From an uncultured bacterium (GTDB lineage: Bacteria > Babelota > Babeliae > Babelales > Babelaceae), in contig CAWFXL010000001.1 in NCBI GenBank assembly GCA_963819815.1, positions 672,001-736,000 of the forward strand: DNA of 64,000 nt, written 5' to 3'. Positions 19,139 through 31,249 of this stretch are shown one piece after another. A program made the translations under genes and the position numbers. The notes beneath the pieces are model-generated. The model searched no databases, was not told where the DNA came from, and was given only the letters and a program-made list of their open reading frames with translations. Within the stretch, counting starts at the first letter, position 1; each line of letters opens with the position of its first letter.

Positions 19139-19444
19139 TTACAGTACTTTCTTGGTACGCTTATCTATGCGTACTCGTTTACCATCTTCTTGCACTTGAA
19201 TTCCCACTCGCGTTGGCTTTGAATCGGAAACAAGCATGACATTGGAGAGATTAATAAAGCTTTCCATCTTTCTAATCGTAGGAGTTTCTCCTTGACGACG
19301 AGCTTTTTGATGCTTCGTAACCATGCCTAGACCTGCGACCTTCACAAGCCCCTTATCCCTATCCACTTCAAGAACCAGTCCTCTTTTTCCTTTATCTCGG
19401 CCCGTCATAATTTGAACCGTATCATTTCTTCGTATGCGCATCAT
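19139..19444 (-). CDS. rplX: 50S ribosomal protein uL24
   Basis: DTVQIMTGRDKGKRG KOW motif; SNVML. Confidence 0.95.
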   Translation of the reverse strand: MMRIRRNDTVQIMTGRDKGKRGLVLEVDRDKGLVKVAGLGMVTKHQKARRQGETPTIRKMESFINLSNVMLVSDSKPTRVGIQVQEDGKRVRIDKRTKKVL

Positions 19445-19462
19445 GGTCTTTGTATCCTTTAC

Positions 19463-19840
19463 TTAAATAACTTCAGGAGCTAGAGATACAATCTTAGCAA
19501 ATTCTTTTGCTCGAAGCTCACGTGCTACAGGACCAAAAATACGGGTCCCTACAAGCGTATTAAATTCATCAACCGATTTAACAATAACGCCCGCATTATC
19601 GCCAAAACGAATATAGCTTCCATCAGCACGACGTAACTCTTTTCTGGTGCGCACGATCACGGCGGTTATCACATCACCCTTCTTCACCGCGCCACCGGGA
19701 ATTGCTTTTTTTACCGCACATCTCACCATATCACCGATAAAGGCATACCGTTTTCGGGTACTCCCCACTAAGTGAATAATTTTTAATAACTGCGCACCGG
19801 AATTATCGGCGACGGTTAACATTGTTTCTTTTTGGACCAT
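19463..19840 (-). CDS. rplN: 50S ribosomal protein uL14
   Basis: VADNSGA...[13 protein letters not shown]...SLAPEVI. Confidence 0.97.
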   Translation of the reverse strand: MVQKETMLTVADNSGAQLLKIIHLVGSTRKRYAFIGDMVRCAVKKAIPGGAVKKGDVITAVIVRTRKELRRADGSYIRFGDNAGVIVKSVDEFNTLVGTRIFGPVARELRAKEFAKIVSLAPEVI

Positions 19841-19852
19841 TGTTACTTACCT

Positions 19853-20131
19853 TTACTCTTTATGCGACGTTACAATGCGCGCAAGATACATATATTTTGT
19901 TTTGGAGACAGGGCGTCCTTCATAAATCTCAACAATATCACCAACGGACGTTGTTCCTGCTTCATCATGCACTTTATATTTTCTTGCACTACGCATTACT
20001 TTCTTAAGTCGAGGATGGGTAAAAGTACGCTCAACACGAACCACGACCGTTTTATCCATCTTATCAGAAATTACTTCGCCTGTCAGTACTCGACGACCAC
20101 TTCTTGCAGAAACTGTTTCTTTTCTTACCAT
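19853..20131 (-). CDS. rpsQ: 30S ribosomal protein uS17
   Basis: GEVISDKMDKTVVV...HDE...RPVSKTK. Confidence 0.96.
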   Translation of the reverse strand: MVRKETVSARSGRRVLTGEVISDKMDKTVVVRVERTFTHPRLKKVMRSARKYKVHDEAGTTSVGDIVEIYEGRPVSKTKYMYLARIVTSHKE

Positions 20132-20143
20132 CAGTTAACCCTC

Positions 20144-20347
20144 TTATACGTTGCCATGCTTCTGTTGCATAACGGTGAGCACACGCGCAATATTTTTCTT
20201 AAGCTTTTTAGCACTTTGATTATCTTTGATCGGTTTTGTCGCGCTATGAAGACGTTGAGTAAAATACTCTTGGCGTAACTCATTCTCCTTAGCGAGCAGC
20301 TCATCGATTGAAAGATTTTTTAATTTGTCTAATTCATTCTTTTTCAT
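20144..20347 (-). CDS. rpmC: 50S ribosomal protein uL29
   Basis: Size, operon position, KKNIARVLT motif. Confidence 0.9.
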   Translation of the reverse strand: MKKNELDKLKNLSIDELLAKENELRQEYFTQRLHSATKPIKDNQSAKKLKKNIARVLTVMQQKHGNV

Positions 20348-20774
20348 AAACCTTCTTCCTTCGCCACTTCTTTCTTAACAATTCTTGTCTTCATAGGAAG
20401 CTTATACGCTGCTGCTTGCAAAGCACTCTTTGAGGTAACCTCATCAAGACCACTAATCTCAAACATAATACGCTCACGCTTCACTACGCAAACCCATTGT
20501 TCAACGTTACCTTTACCTTTACCCATACGTGTTTCCGCAGGTTTTTTGGTTACAGGCTTATCTGGGAATACACGTAAGAAGAATCTTCCCAGCTTTTTTC
20601 AGTTACGACGAGCAAGGGTTACACGAATCGCTTCAATCTGCTGAGCAGTGAGCCAGGCAGGTTCAACAGCTTGCAAGCCATATTCGCCAAAAGAAATGTC
20701 ACGAGCACCCTTTGACAAGCCTTTCCGGCGACCTCTTTGAACTTTACGAAACTTAATTTTTTTGGCATCAACAT
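20344..20774 (-). CDS. rplP: 50S ribosomal protein uL16 (frameshifted as given)
   Basis: MLMPKK / KFRKVQRGR..GEYGLQA..QIEAIR / FPDKPVTKKPAETRMGKGKG...KLPMKT in different frames; first break is in an A homopolymer. Confidence 0.9.
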
Positions 20775-20779
20775 GATTA

Positions 20780-21425
20780 ACTCTTCTGCTATCAGTTGAT
20801 ATTCACCACGACAAATCCACACCTTGACCCCAATAATTCCGTAGGTCGTTAGTGCTTCAACAAGAGCCATAATCAATATCTGACCGTAAGGTATGCAATG
20901 GAGTCGACCCAACCCGTATCCATTCATCACGAGCAATTTCAGCACCACCTAAACGACCGGAACAACGAATCTTAATTCCGAGCGCACCCGCCTTCATAGT
21001 TGCCATGGCAGCTTTTTTCATTGCTTTTTTAAAGCTTACTCGTTTTTCAAGCTGTTCAGCAATGCTCTTTGCAACCACAATCGCATCAAGATCAGGTTTT
21101 TCAACTTCCTTAACGGAAACTTCTACATTAGCACGTTTAAGCAGTTTAGAAAGATCATTTCGTAACAATTCAATTTCTTTGCCCTGCTTACCAATGACTA
21201 ACACCAGGACGAGCTGAATGAATATCAACGCGGATATTATCACCCGCTTTTGCAATTTTAATCGAAGAAATTTCAGCCCCGGGAAGTTTATTTTCAATAT
21301 AACTTACGAATTTTAAAATCTTCAAGCAATAACTTGCCATAATTGCCACGACGAGCAAACCATCTTGAATCCCAATCTCGATAAATTCCTATTCTAAACC
21401 CTATTGGGTGAACCTTCTGTCCCAC
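20780..21425 (-). CDS. rpsC: 30S ribosomal protein uS3 (frameshifted as given; end approximate)
   Basis: GTG start [25 protein letters not shown]...[23 protein letters not shown] split across frames. Confidence 0.9.
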
Positions 21426-21432
21426 AGATCAC

Positions 21433-21823
21433 CTACTTACTGTTTTTGGTTTGTAATGTAACTTTAATATGACACATCCGCGTACGTTGCGGTTTAGCAC
21501 GACCTTGTGCTCCTGGTTTAAAATACCGTCTTATAGGACCTTGATCAACCCGAATATCTTTAACGATAAGTAAACTTGCTTCAACATTCTGCAAGTTCTT
21601 CGCATTAGCAACCGCTGATTCAAACAATTTTTTTATAGGCTCAACTCGCTGAGTTTTATAAGTCGTAAGCCAATTAAGCGCATAATCAACATCTTTACCA
21701 CGCACAACATCGACAATCGGTCTTAGCTTATAGGGCGAATAGTGCACATAACCGAGCAATCGCGCCAAACTGCTCAGCAGATGGTTCAGCTGTTATTTTT
21801 GCTGTTTTTAATGTCTTATCCAT
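21433..21823 (-). CDS. rplV: 50S ribosomal protein uL22 (frameshift near 5' end; N-terminal extension)
   Basis: SPYKLR..VDVVRGK...SAVANA...VDQGP...AQGRA; ATG at 21823 with AAGG RBS. Confidence 0.88.
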
Positions 21824-21877
21824 GTATACGCTACCTTGTTATTATGCGGTACCTTTGCCCTCGCCTATTAATGCCTA

Positions 21878-22168
21878 TTACTTAGCAGGAGCTGCCCCAG
21901 CTTTACGCTGACCACTATGCAATCTGAAAGTTCTTGTCGGAGCAAATTCACCTAAGACGATGACCAACCATATTTTCAGTAACAAAAACCGAAACAAACT
22001 TTCTTCCATTATGTACTGCAATAGTTAAGTCCCACAAATTCAGGGGATACCATACTTCGACGAGACCATGTCTTAATAACTTCTCGTTTTCCACCAGCTT
22101 TCACTCGATCAACTTTTTTCAAGAAGATGATCATCAACAAATGGACCTTTTTTAGCAGATCGTGCCAT
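21878..22168 (-). CDS. rpsS: 30S ribosomal protein uS19 (frameshifted as given)
   Basis: [42 protein letters not shown] read manually across frames. Confidence 0.9.
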
Positions 22169-22182
22169 ACTTATTCCTTACC

Positions 22183-23008
22183 TTATGGTTTTCTTCGCTT
22201 TAAAATAAGCGGATTTTTACGTGTTCTTGTACGGGTACCTTTAGCACCTTTACCCCATGGAGTCATTGGATGTGAACCAGATTTAGAACGACCTTCACCA
22301 CCACCATGTGGGTGATCAACAGGGTTCATAGCCATACCACGAACCGTAGGACGTAATGCCACGATGTCGTGTTCTTCCCGCTTTACCAATCGTAATATTT
22401 TTATAATCAGCATTACCTAATACACCAACGGTAGCCCAACAATCTAAGATGAACCATTCGAATTTCACCAGAAGGCATCTTTAATGTTGCATGATTCATC
22501 AGCTTTTGCCACAAATTGAACCGAAGTTCCTGCACTTCGTGCAAACTTTCCACCCGAACCAGGAGTAATTTCAACATTATGTACCATAAAACCAACCGGA
22601 ATATTGCGTAATCGGTAAACAATTTCCAACGTTTGCTTCAACTTCTACACCTGCAATACCGTATCACCAACAGCTAAGTCCTTCAGGCATCAGCATATAA
22701 TGTTTTTGCACCATTTTCATAAACAACAAGACCAATGCGTACATTACGATTTGGATCATATTCAATTGAAATAATTTTACCAGGAACATCACGTTGCTCT
22801 GCTTGAAAATCGATAATTCGATATTTTCGAGCAGCACCACCACCACGATGACGAACCGTAATACGTCCATAGGCATTTCGCCCACCTTGTTTTCTTAAGC
22901 CAACAGCTAAGACTTTTTTCTGGCTTTTTCTTAGTTAAGATCTCTGTATCAACAAACGTTTGAAAACGTAATGATGAATTTCGCGGTTTTCTTGTTACTA
23001 ATTGCCAT
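22183..23008 (-). CDS. rplB: 50S ribosomal protein uL2 (multiple frameshifts as given)
   Basis: [51 protein letters not shown]. Confidence 0.92.
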
Positions 23009-23022
23009 AATCTATTTCCTTA

Positions 23023-23372
23023 TTACTTCCTTATAGCTTCAGACTACTCAGTCGCTTGACCAGCATACTGGCAGTATCCGTAACCCCATCAAGATCAACT
23101 GAATATCCTTCTTTTAAGGTAATAATCGCTTTTTTCTTGTTTTGCCAACAGTAGAATGCGCGACCTGAACGTCTTTCTTTTACCTTTTAACACGATATAC
23201 TACTATCTTTTCAACTTTAACATTAAAAAGCTTTTTTAATGCTTCTGCAATCAAGAGGCTTATTTGCATCAGGATGAACTTCAAGCACTAGCTTTTTTAA
23301 ATTCTTATTTAAGCTATATGCTTTTTCAGTAATCCGCGGACCTTTAATAATATCATAAATTGTTAAATCCAT
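23023..23372 (-). CDS. rplW: 50S ribosomal protein uL23 (frameshifted; end approximate)
   Basis: YDIIKGPRITEKA...EVHPDAN...KLFNVKV...KKAIITLKEG. Confidence 0.85.
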
Positions 23373-24038
23373 GTGCTCACCATTTCTTTAAAAGCATCTA
23401 AATCTTTTTTTAAAACCACCCACATGTTTACCATTGGAAAGATCATACGCATTTCGTTGATCAAAAAGAAGCATACGTACATTAGGAATATTGGCAAATG
23501 ATGCATGAGTCATATCTATCATGCTGGCGACTACAAAAAGAATAATATTTTTTGTCATGCAAACCCGCATGCTTGCAATGCATTAAATGCATGTGCTGTT
23601 TTTGGTGCACCATCTGAGTGGTTCCCAATCTAAGACATTACAATATTATTATTATCCAAACAATCCCAAAGAAGATTTATCATACACTACGTTTCGACGA
23701 TTTTTTGGTAACTTTCAAGGTACGTGTACGCTGGTTGTGGACCAAAAATAACACCACCTTTTCGCCAAATGGAGAACGCGAGACTACCTGCACGTGCTCG
23801 ACCTGTACCTTTTTGTTTCCAAGGTTTCTTATTAGAAAAAGCAACATCAGAACGACCTTTACAAGCAACTGTTCCTTGACGCCAATTTTGTAACAATGCA
23901 CGGATATAGGTCGAAAATGCTTCACTATGTACTGTCTGTACGCTGCTCTTCGGTCAGACCAATATCTGCTGGAGTCATCAGTCTGTAGCATCCTTCACCA
24001 GAACTCGTTAGCTTTGTAGCAGTTTTTCTTGTAGCCAT
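23363..24038 (-). CDS. rplD: 50S ribosomal protein uL4 (multiple frameshifts)
   Basis: NWRQGT...[23 protein letters not shown]...[12 protein letters not shown]. Confidence 0.88.
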
Positions 24039-24046
24039 GTGTTTAC

Positions 24047-24694
24047 CTACACCTTTCTCACAAAAACCAAGGATCCAGATTTGCCAGGAACCGAACCTTT
24101 TACTAACACAACATGTGCATCTGGCTCAATGTCTACTACTTCAAGATTTTTCATCGTACACGTTGATCAACACCCATATGACCAGGCATTCTTTTACCTT
24201 TAATAACACGACCACGACTTCTCATAAAGCTTAAAGCTCCGGGAATGCGTACCAAATGTAGCACCGTGACTTGCAGGACCACCAGAAAATCCATGTCGTT
24301 TAACAACACCTTGAAATCCACGTACCTTTGGTAATACCAGAAACATCAACACGATCACCTTTTGCCAAGCTAAGAATTGAGTCAGCAGCTGACCAATCTC
24401 GATTCCTTGCCAACGCTTCTGTTCACCCGCATTAGCTTGCTCAGTTAGGCACTTCTTTAAAGGCACTAAAATATTTCTTGGTCTTTTTCAACCAATCAGG
24501 TGAAAAAGTACTGATCTGCATATTTTTTCTTTACATAGCCTAATTTGAACCGCATCATACCCATCGCTTTCCTTGGTTTTAACTTGAGTTACATACCAGT
24601 TAGCAACATCAATAACGGTAACAGGAACCACTTTATTCTCCTGCGAAAAACTTGGGTCATTCCTATTTTTTTACCCCAGAGACCGTTTCACCAT
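24047..24694 (-). CDS. rplC: 50S ribosomal protein uL3 (multiple frameshifts)
   Basis: [41 protein letters not shown]. Confidence 0.9.
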
Positions 24695-24708
24695 GTGATA
24701 TACCTTTC

Positions 24709-25014
24709 TTACTTAATTTCAACATCAACACCAGATGAAATATTTAACTTCATAAGCGCATCCATTGTTGCATCTGATGGAGAAACAATATCTAAAATGC
24801 GTCTATGCGTTGTTAATTCAAATTGCTCACGTGATTTTTTATCAATATGCGGCGATCTCAAAACCGTAAAACAACGCTTTTATTCGGCAGAGGAACAGGT
24901 CCCACTAATTGGGATCCTGTTCTTTTTACTGTCAAAACAATTTGCTTAACTGCTTTATCCAAGCAATTGATGATCATATGATTTAAGCGTTAAACGAATT
25001 TTTTGTTTTTTCAT
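24709..25014 (-). CDS. rpsJ: 30S ribosomal protein uS10 (frameshifted)
   Basis: [49 protein letters not shown]. Confidence 0.92.
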
Positions 25015-25026
25015 CTATCAACCCAA

Positions 25027-26224
25027 TTACTCAATAATTTCAGTAACAACACCAGAACCAACAGTTCTGCCACCTTCACGAATTGCAAAACGTAGATCTT
25101 TTTCCATAGCAATAGGTGAAATCAATTCAACTGTCAACTCTAACATTATCACCAGGCATTACCATTTCACGACCAGCTGGCAAGTGTTACAACACCAGTA
25201 ACGTCAGTTGTTCTGAAATAGAATTGTGGACGATATCCATTGAAGAATGGACTATGACGTCCACCTTCATCTTTGCATAATACATAAACTTCACATTTAA
25301 ATTTCTTATGCGGAGTTAACTGAACCAGGTTTAGCAAGAACCATACCACGTTCAATTTCTTCTTTCTTAGCACCACGAAGAAGAAGACCAACGTTATCAC
25401 CAGCTTGACCTTCATTCAAGTTCTTTTCTGAACATTTCAACACCAGTAACAGTTGTTTTGATGTTGTACCAAAACCAACAATTTCAACTTCTTCACCAAC
25501 TTTAACTTTACCACGTTCAATACTACCTGTAGCAACTGTACCACGACCAGAAATAGAGAATACATCTTCAACAGGCATTAAGAATGGTTTATCAATTTCA
25601 CGTACTGGTTCTGGAATATAGGTATCAAGAGCATCCATTAATTTCATAATTGCTTGTAGCACCAATTTCACCTTTATCACCTTCAAGTGCTTTTAAAGCT
25701 GAACCACGAATAACAGGAATTTTATCACCAGGGAAATCATATTTTGTTAACAAGATCACGAATTTCTTCTTCAACCATGTCAATCATTTCTGGATCATCA
25801 ACCATATCTACTTTATTCAAGAAAACAACAAGTGCTGGAACACCAACGTTTTTTGCAAGCAAAATATGTTCACGTGTTTGAGGCATAGCACCATCAGCAG
25901 CAGATACAACTAAAATAGCACCATCCATTTGCGCAGCACCGGTGATCATGTTTTTTACATAGTCAGCATGACCAGGACAGTCAACGTGTGCATAGTGACG
26001 CTTTTCTGTTTCATATTCAACGTGAGAAGTTGCAATGGTAATACCACGTGCTTTTTCTTCTGGAGCATTATCAATCTGATCAAATGCTTTTAGCTTCTGC
26101 CAAACCTTTTTTTGCTAAATACTTTTGTAATTGCAGCTGTTAATGTTGTTTTACCATGGTCAACGTGACCAATAGTACCCACGTTTACATGCGGTTTTTT
26201 TCGCTCAAATATACCTTTTGCCAT
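25027..26224 (-). CDS. tuf: Elongation factor Tu (multiple frameshifts as given)
   Basis: [82 protein letters not shown]. Confidence 0.95.
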
Positions 26225-26269
26225 CGTTATCTCCTAACAACTATAATTAATACTATACATACTAACTAT

Positions 26270-28361
26270 TTACTTCTTCAACAATTGCTTCTTGAACATT
26301 CTTTGGCACTTCTCGATAACATTCAAATTCCATCGAATAGGTTGCTCGTCCTTTAGTCATAGAACGCAAATCAGTTGCATAACCAAACATTTCACGCAAG
26401 TGGAACTTCAGCAGTAATAACTTGTTTACCCACTCTTAGCATTCCATACCTAAGAATTCTGCCACGTCGAGAGTTTAAGATCACCCATCACATCACCCAT
26501 ATATTCTTCAGGTGTTTCAACTTCAACTTTCATAATTGGTTCAAGCAATACAGGAGATGCTTTTGCCATACCATCTTTAAATGCCATAGAAGCAGCAATT
26601 TTAAATGCTATTTCAGATGAGTCAACATCATGGTATGAACCATCAAATAAGGTTACTTTAACATCAACAACTGGATATCCACCCAAAACACCTGTATTAA
26701 TTGCTTCTTCAAGACCTTTTTCAACCGCAGGAATAAATTCTCTTGGAATAGAACCACCAACAATTTCATTTTCAAACTCATAACCTTTACCACGCTCAAG
26801 AGGTTCAATCTTAATCCAAACATGACCATATTGACCACGACCACCAGATTGCTTAATAAATTTACCTTCAGCATCAACAGGTTTTTGAATTGTTTCTTTA
26901 TAAGCAACTTGCAGCTTACCTTGAACAACTTCAACTTTATGTTCACGCTTTAAACGATCAACAATAATTTCAAGATGCAATTCACCCATACCCTCAATAA
27001 CTGTTTGACCTGTTTCTTCATCATAAGATAAACTGAAATGATGGATCTTCTTGCATCATTTTTCGCAAAGCCAATAGTCATTTTTTCATAATCAGCTTTA
27101 TTTTTTGGCTCAACTGAAGCAGAAATAACTGGCGCTGGAATATCAATTGTTTTCAAGCAATATATTGATGACCTTCATCACACAGTGTATCACCTGTGAT
27201 AGCATCTTTAACACCAACAACTGCAGCAATATCACCTGCTCGTAACTCTTCAATTTCTTCACGCTTATTTGCATGCATTTTAACCAAACGACTTACACGT
27301 TCTTTAGTTCCTGTACGTAGAATTATAAACATAAGAACCAGACTTTAATTCACCTGAATAAACACGAATAAAGTTCAAGACACCAACAAATGGATCGGTC
27401 ATAATTTTAAAAACTAAGGCCTGAAAATGGTTCATCTAGGATCAGCTTTACGCAATCTCAGCTTCATCAGTTCCAGGCACTATACCCTCAACCGGAGGAA
27501 TATCCAGTGGTGATGGCAAATAATCAACAACAGCATCAAGCACTAAGCTGAACACCTTTATTTTTAAAAGCAGTACCACAAAATGCAGGAACTACTTTTA
27601 TGCTCAATAACGTACCTTTACGTAAAGCTGCTTTAATTTCTTCAATCGAAATTTCTTCTTCATTTAAAAATTTTTCAGCCAAGCTGCATCATCAAAATCA
27701 GCATGCTTTTTCAACAATCTTAGCACGCAACTCTTCAATCTTGATCTTTATATTCTGCAGGAACATCAGACCATATTACATGTCAACCCATTATCACCCT
27801 CACTAAATGTTGCCATTTTACGAGTTAATACATCAATAATGCCACGTAAAATTTTCTGATTCACCAACAGGCAATTTGCATAGCAACTGCATTAGCCTTT
27901 AAGCTTTATATTAACATCATCAACTACACTGTGAAATAATCAGCACCAATACGATCAAGTTTATTAACAAAAATAATACGTGGAACTTTATAACGATTTG
28001 CTTGACGCCATACTGTTTCAGATTGAGGCTGAACACCACCAACACCACAAAAAACTGCTATCACACCATCAAGAACACGCAATGAACGTCCTACTTCAAT
28101 AGTAAAATCAACGTGTCCGGAGTATCAATAATATTAATATGATAATCTTTCCAGCTACAAGTTGATTGCAGCTGAGGTAATGGTAATACCACGCTCACGC
28201 TCTTGCTCCATCCAGTCCATAATAGTTTCACCTTCATGAACTTCACCAATTTTATGGATAATACCGGTATAAAAAAGAATACGCTCAGTAACGGTAGTTT
28301 TACCCGCATCAATATGAGCAGCAATTCCTATATTTCTATATTTCTCTAATGGATTACTCAT
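26270..28361 (-). CDS. fusA: Elongation factor G (multiple frameshifts as given)
   Basis: [68 protein letters not shown]. Confidence 0.95.
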
Positions 28362-28374
28362 TACTACACCTTAC

Positions 28375-28865
28375 CTACCAAGCATAATGAGAGAAGGCAC
28401 GATTAGCTTCTGCCATTCTATGAACATCTAATCTTTTTCTTAACCGCACCACCACGACCTTCAGCAGCATCCAATAAGCTCATGTGCCAAACGTAATACC
28501 CATAGTTTTATCTGAACGTTCTGCTGCAGCTGCTAATAAGCCAACGCATTGCAAGCGCTCGCGCTCTATCAGGATCTACTTCCATAGGAATTTGATAAAC
28601 ACTACCACCAACACGACGCGGACGAACTTCAACAGCAGGAATCACTTGCTCAAATGCTTTATAAAAAAGATCTAACGCTTTATTCTTGATCACCTTCGCT
28701 TTTTTCACTAAATACATCAATTGCATCATACACAATTGTACGAGCAATATTTTTTTTGCCACGCCCCATAACAACATTAATAAATTTTTGAACTGATCTC
28801 GAGATCCATAACGAGGATCAACTCCAATTATCTCGTCTAATATTTACTGATTTACGTCTTGGCAT
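28375..28865 (-). CDS. rpsG: 30S ribosomal protein uS7 (frameshifted)
   Basis: [44 protein letters not shown]. Confidence 0.92.
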
Positions 28866-28876
28866 ATCTTACCTTC

Positions 28877-29254
28877 CTACTTACTTTGGACGCTTAGCAC
28901 CATACAGTGAACGGACTCTGTCTTTCTATTTTCAACACCAGCAGAATCAAGTGCACCACGAACAATATGATATTTAACACCGGCAAGATCTTTTACTCTA
29001 CCACCACGAACAAGCACCACAGAGTGCTCTTGCAAGTTATGGCCTTCACCAGGAATATAAGCAGTTACTTCAATACCGGTTGAAAGCTTAACACGAGCAA
29101 CTTTACGTAATGCTGAGTTTGGTTTTTTAGGCGTTGTCGTAAATACACGAGTACATACACCACGGACCTGAGGATTTGCCTTCAGGGCCGCACTTTTTGA
29201 TTTGACTTTGGCTTTAGTGCGCTCAAAGCGCGCTAATTGATTAATCGTGGGCAT
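28877..29254 (-). CDS. rpsL: 30S ribosomal protein uS12 (frameshift in last codons)
   Basis: MPTINQL...[21 protein letters not shown]...[12 protein letters not shown]. Confidence 0.97.
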   Translation of the reverse strand: MPTINQLARFERTKAKVKSKSAALKANPQVRGVCTRVFTTTPKKPNSALRKVARVKLSTGIEVTAYIPGEGHNLQEHSVVLVRGGRVKDLAGVKYHIVRGALDSAGVENRKTESVHCMVLSVQSK

Positions 29255-29578
29255 ACGTTACCATTCCATTAAAGTTATAGATTCCATCTTTAATTCCAAC
29301 ATGCATGAGGCTTCTTCATTCAAAGAGAGACCTCTTAAAAACAGTGCTCCCTAAGGGAAGCTATTTCTTTTCAATGTTCTGACTCATTAAGGCTTTACCT
29401 GATTTTGGGAAAATCTTTTCAGCCCTAATTTTCGATAGATTACTTCAGTAGTATAGCTTCTTTGCTCTTTTTTTCAAGATCAAAAGACAAAAGAATTTGC
29501 CTCTTAGAACAAATAAAGTAAGCTAGTGTTCTAACTATACTACAGAAGTTTCATTTGTCAATTTTTCAAGGAGAATCT

Positions 29579-30700
29579 ATGTTGCTGCATGCGCTTTTCA
29601 CTAAAGTTACCCTAGCTCTGGGACTCTTATGGTCCAACCTGCCCCTTATTATCCTAGCACTTTTTGGATTAGGCTTTGTGATAGCTTTTCATGAGCTTGG
29701 GCACCTTCTTACTGCAAAGCTCTTTAATGTCTATGCACCCTCCTTTTCAATCGGTTTTGGGCCCAGGATTTTTCAGAAAAAGATCGGCGAAACTACCTAT
29801 GCGCTCTCTGCCATACCCTTAGGAGGCTATGTGGAGTTAGCAGGATCGGCTGAAATGGGACAAGGAGAGCAGGCTCATGCTCAAGATACGGGCGATCGTT
29901 CCTTTAATTCTAAGCCCTACTGGCAAAAGTTTCTCATTATGCTTGGAGGAATAGGGTTTAATATCATCTTTGCCTACTTTGCGCTAAGCATTCTTTTTAG
30001 CTCAGGAGCCCCTTGTATAGGTTCATGGTGTAACGATAAACCTGCAAACATAGGATCGGTCTATCCAAAAACCCCTGCTGAAAAAGCTGGCCTACATGAA
30101 AACGACACGATTGTTAGCGTTGATGATAAGCCCACAGCCACTATCGGTGAAGTTGTAGCTGCCCTTGAACCCTTCATAAAAAAACCGGTACGTCTTGGAG
30201 TACAAAGAGCTAACGAAGCCCTTACAATAGAGATTACTCCCGATGAGCAGACAGTAGGAAGTCACGCGAAGCCCCTAATCGGTGTAGCATGGCACATCAC
30301 AAAAATGGGCTTTTTTGAGGCATTCAAAGAAGGCTGGCTGGCAACCTGGTCACTGATGAAGCAGGTAGGCAATGCTCTACTGCATCTTACAAAAAGTAGA
30401 GAAGGTCTTGGTGGGCCGCTCATGCTTATTACTCAGGTTACTCAATTTGCGGGCATGGGCATAAAAATGTTCCTCTTTATGCTAGCTTTTATCAGTGTCA
30501 ACCTTGCTATATTTAATCTTCTTCCTCTTCCTATCTTTGATGGTGGTCAGGTACTCTTTTTCACGATTGAAGCACTTTCAGGCCGCCCACTCTCAGATAC
30601 AGCGCGTGAAAACGTTCACTATTATACCTGGATAGGAGTCATACTCTTGTTCATTTATCTTACGTTCCGCGATGTCATTAAATTAAGTTCATGGTTTTAG
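29579..30700 (+). CDS. rseP: Site-2 intramembrane zinc metalloprotease with PDZ domain (RseP/M50B)
   Basis: HELGH, FSIGFGP, IPLGGYV, PDZ segment, FNLLPLPIFDGG; AAGGAG RBS before ATG 29579. Confidence 0.93.
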   Translation: MLLHALFTKVTLALGLLWSNLPLIILALFGLGFVIAFHELGHLLTAKLFNVYAPSFSIGFGPRIFQKKIGETTYALSAIPLGGYVELAGSAEMGQGEQAHAQDTGDRSFNSKPYWQKFLIMLGGIGFNIIFAYFALSILFSSGAPCIGSWCNDKPANIGSVYPKTPAEKAGLHENDTIVSVDDKPTATIGEVVAALEPFIKKPVRLGVQRANEALTIEITPDEQTVGSHAKPLIGVAWHITKMGFFEAFKEGWLATWSLMKQVGNALLHLTKSREGLGGPLMLITQVTQFAGMGIKMFLFMLAFISVNLAIFNLLPLPIFDGGQVLFFTIEALSGRPLSDTARENVHYYTWIGVILLFIYLTFRDVIKLSSWF

Positions 30701-30719
30701 CTTTAAATCCTTAAGAAAC

Positions 30720-30746
30720 TAAGGGGCGCCCTTCTGGGTGCCCCTT
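30720..30746 (+). terminator. Intrinsic terminator after rseP (possibly bidirectional)
   Basis: TAAGGGGCGCCC-TTCT-GGGTGCCCCTTA stem. Confidence 0.7.
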
Positions 30747-30770
30747 ATACTTTCAAAAAGAAATTCTATT

Positions 30771-31170
30771 TCATGCAGCGGAACCGACAGGTACCGTACA
30801 GCTCTGCAAAACACAGCTACAGTATTTGTTAAATATATAGGCTTTTAGGGCGTTCGATATGCCTTGCGGTAAGGGAAACTCGATTGCAAAGAAACCACCC
30901 AATCAATAGCTATTACAAAAGTAGCGAGCAGTGCGACATACTTGAAACAGGCAGAACGGAAAACGTCTGCGCAAACACTGTCTTCGCAATGGCTGTTCCA
31001 ACAAATGGAGTAATTGAAAAGGTAACTACCTCATCGGTCCCAGCCGGCTCAACCACCGTTAACGTTATGCATCCTCGACCATCCCCTAGCGGCAATGAAT
31101 CAATGCTCATGCTTACTGAGGTAGCCCACTGATTGCTATTAACTACTGCCGGACAGCTCATATCCCGCAC
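30771..31170 (-). pseudogene. Possible remnant of the C-terminus of a Cys-containing, beta-rich protein
   Basis: Beta-strand-like text (ITLTVVEPAGTDEVVTFSITP) continuing through frame changes to ...ISNALKAYIFNKYCSCVLQSCTVPVGSAA*; no clear start or RBS. Confidence 0.3.
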
Positions 31171-31206
31171 AAAGACAAGTTGCTTAGCATTCTTTTGGGC
31201 ACTGAA

Positions 31207-31229
31207 AAGGCCGGCTCAGAGCCGGCCTT
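31207..31229 (-). terminator. Intrinsic terminator after the thioredoxin-domain gene
   Basis: AAGGCCGGCTC-A-GAGCCGGCCTT inverted repeat, ending in TTTT on the minus strand. Confidence 0.7.
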
Positions 31230-31249
31230 CTAGAAACTAGTAAGCAACA

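Noticed and set aside
20500..28950. Programmed frameshifting, alternative genetic code or true pseudogenisation of ribosomal genes
   Set aside because: Breaks are frame changes rather than in-frame stops, are numerous and regionally clustered, and hit essential genes. TGA, TAG and TAA all act as normal stops elsewhere
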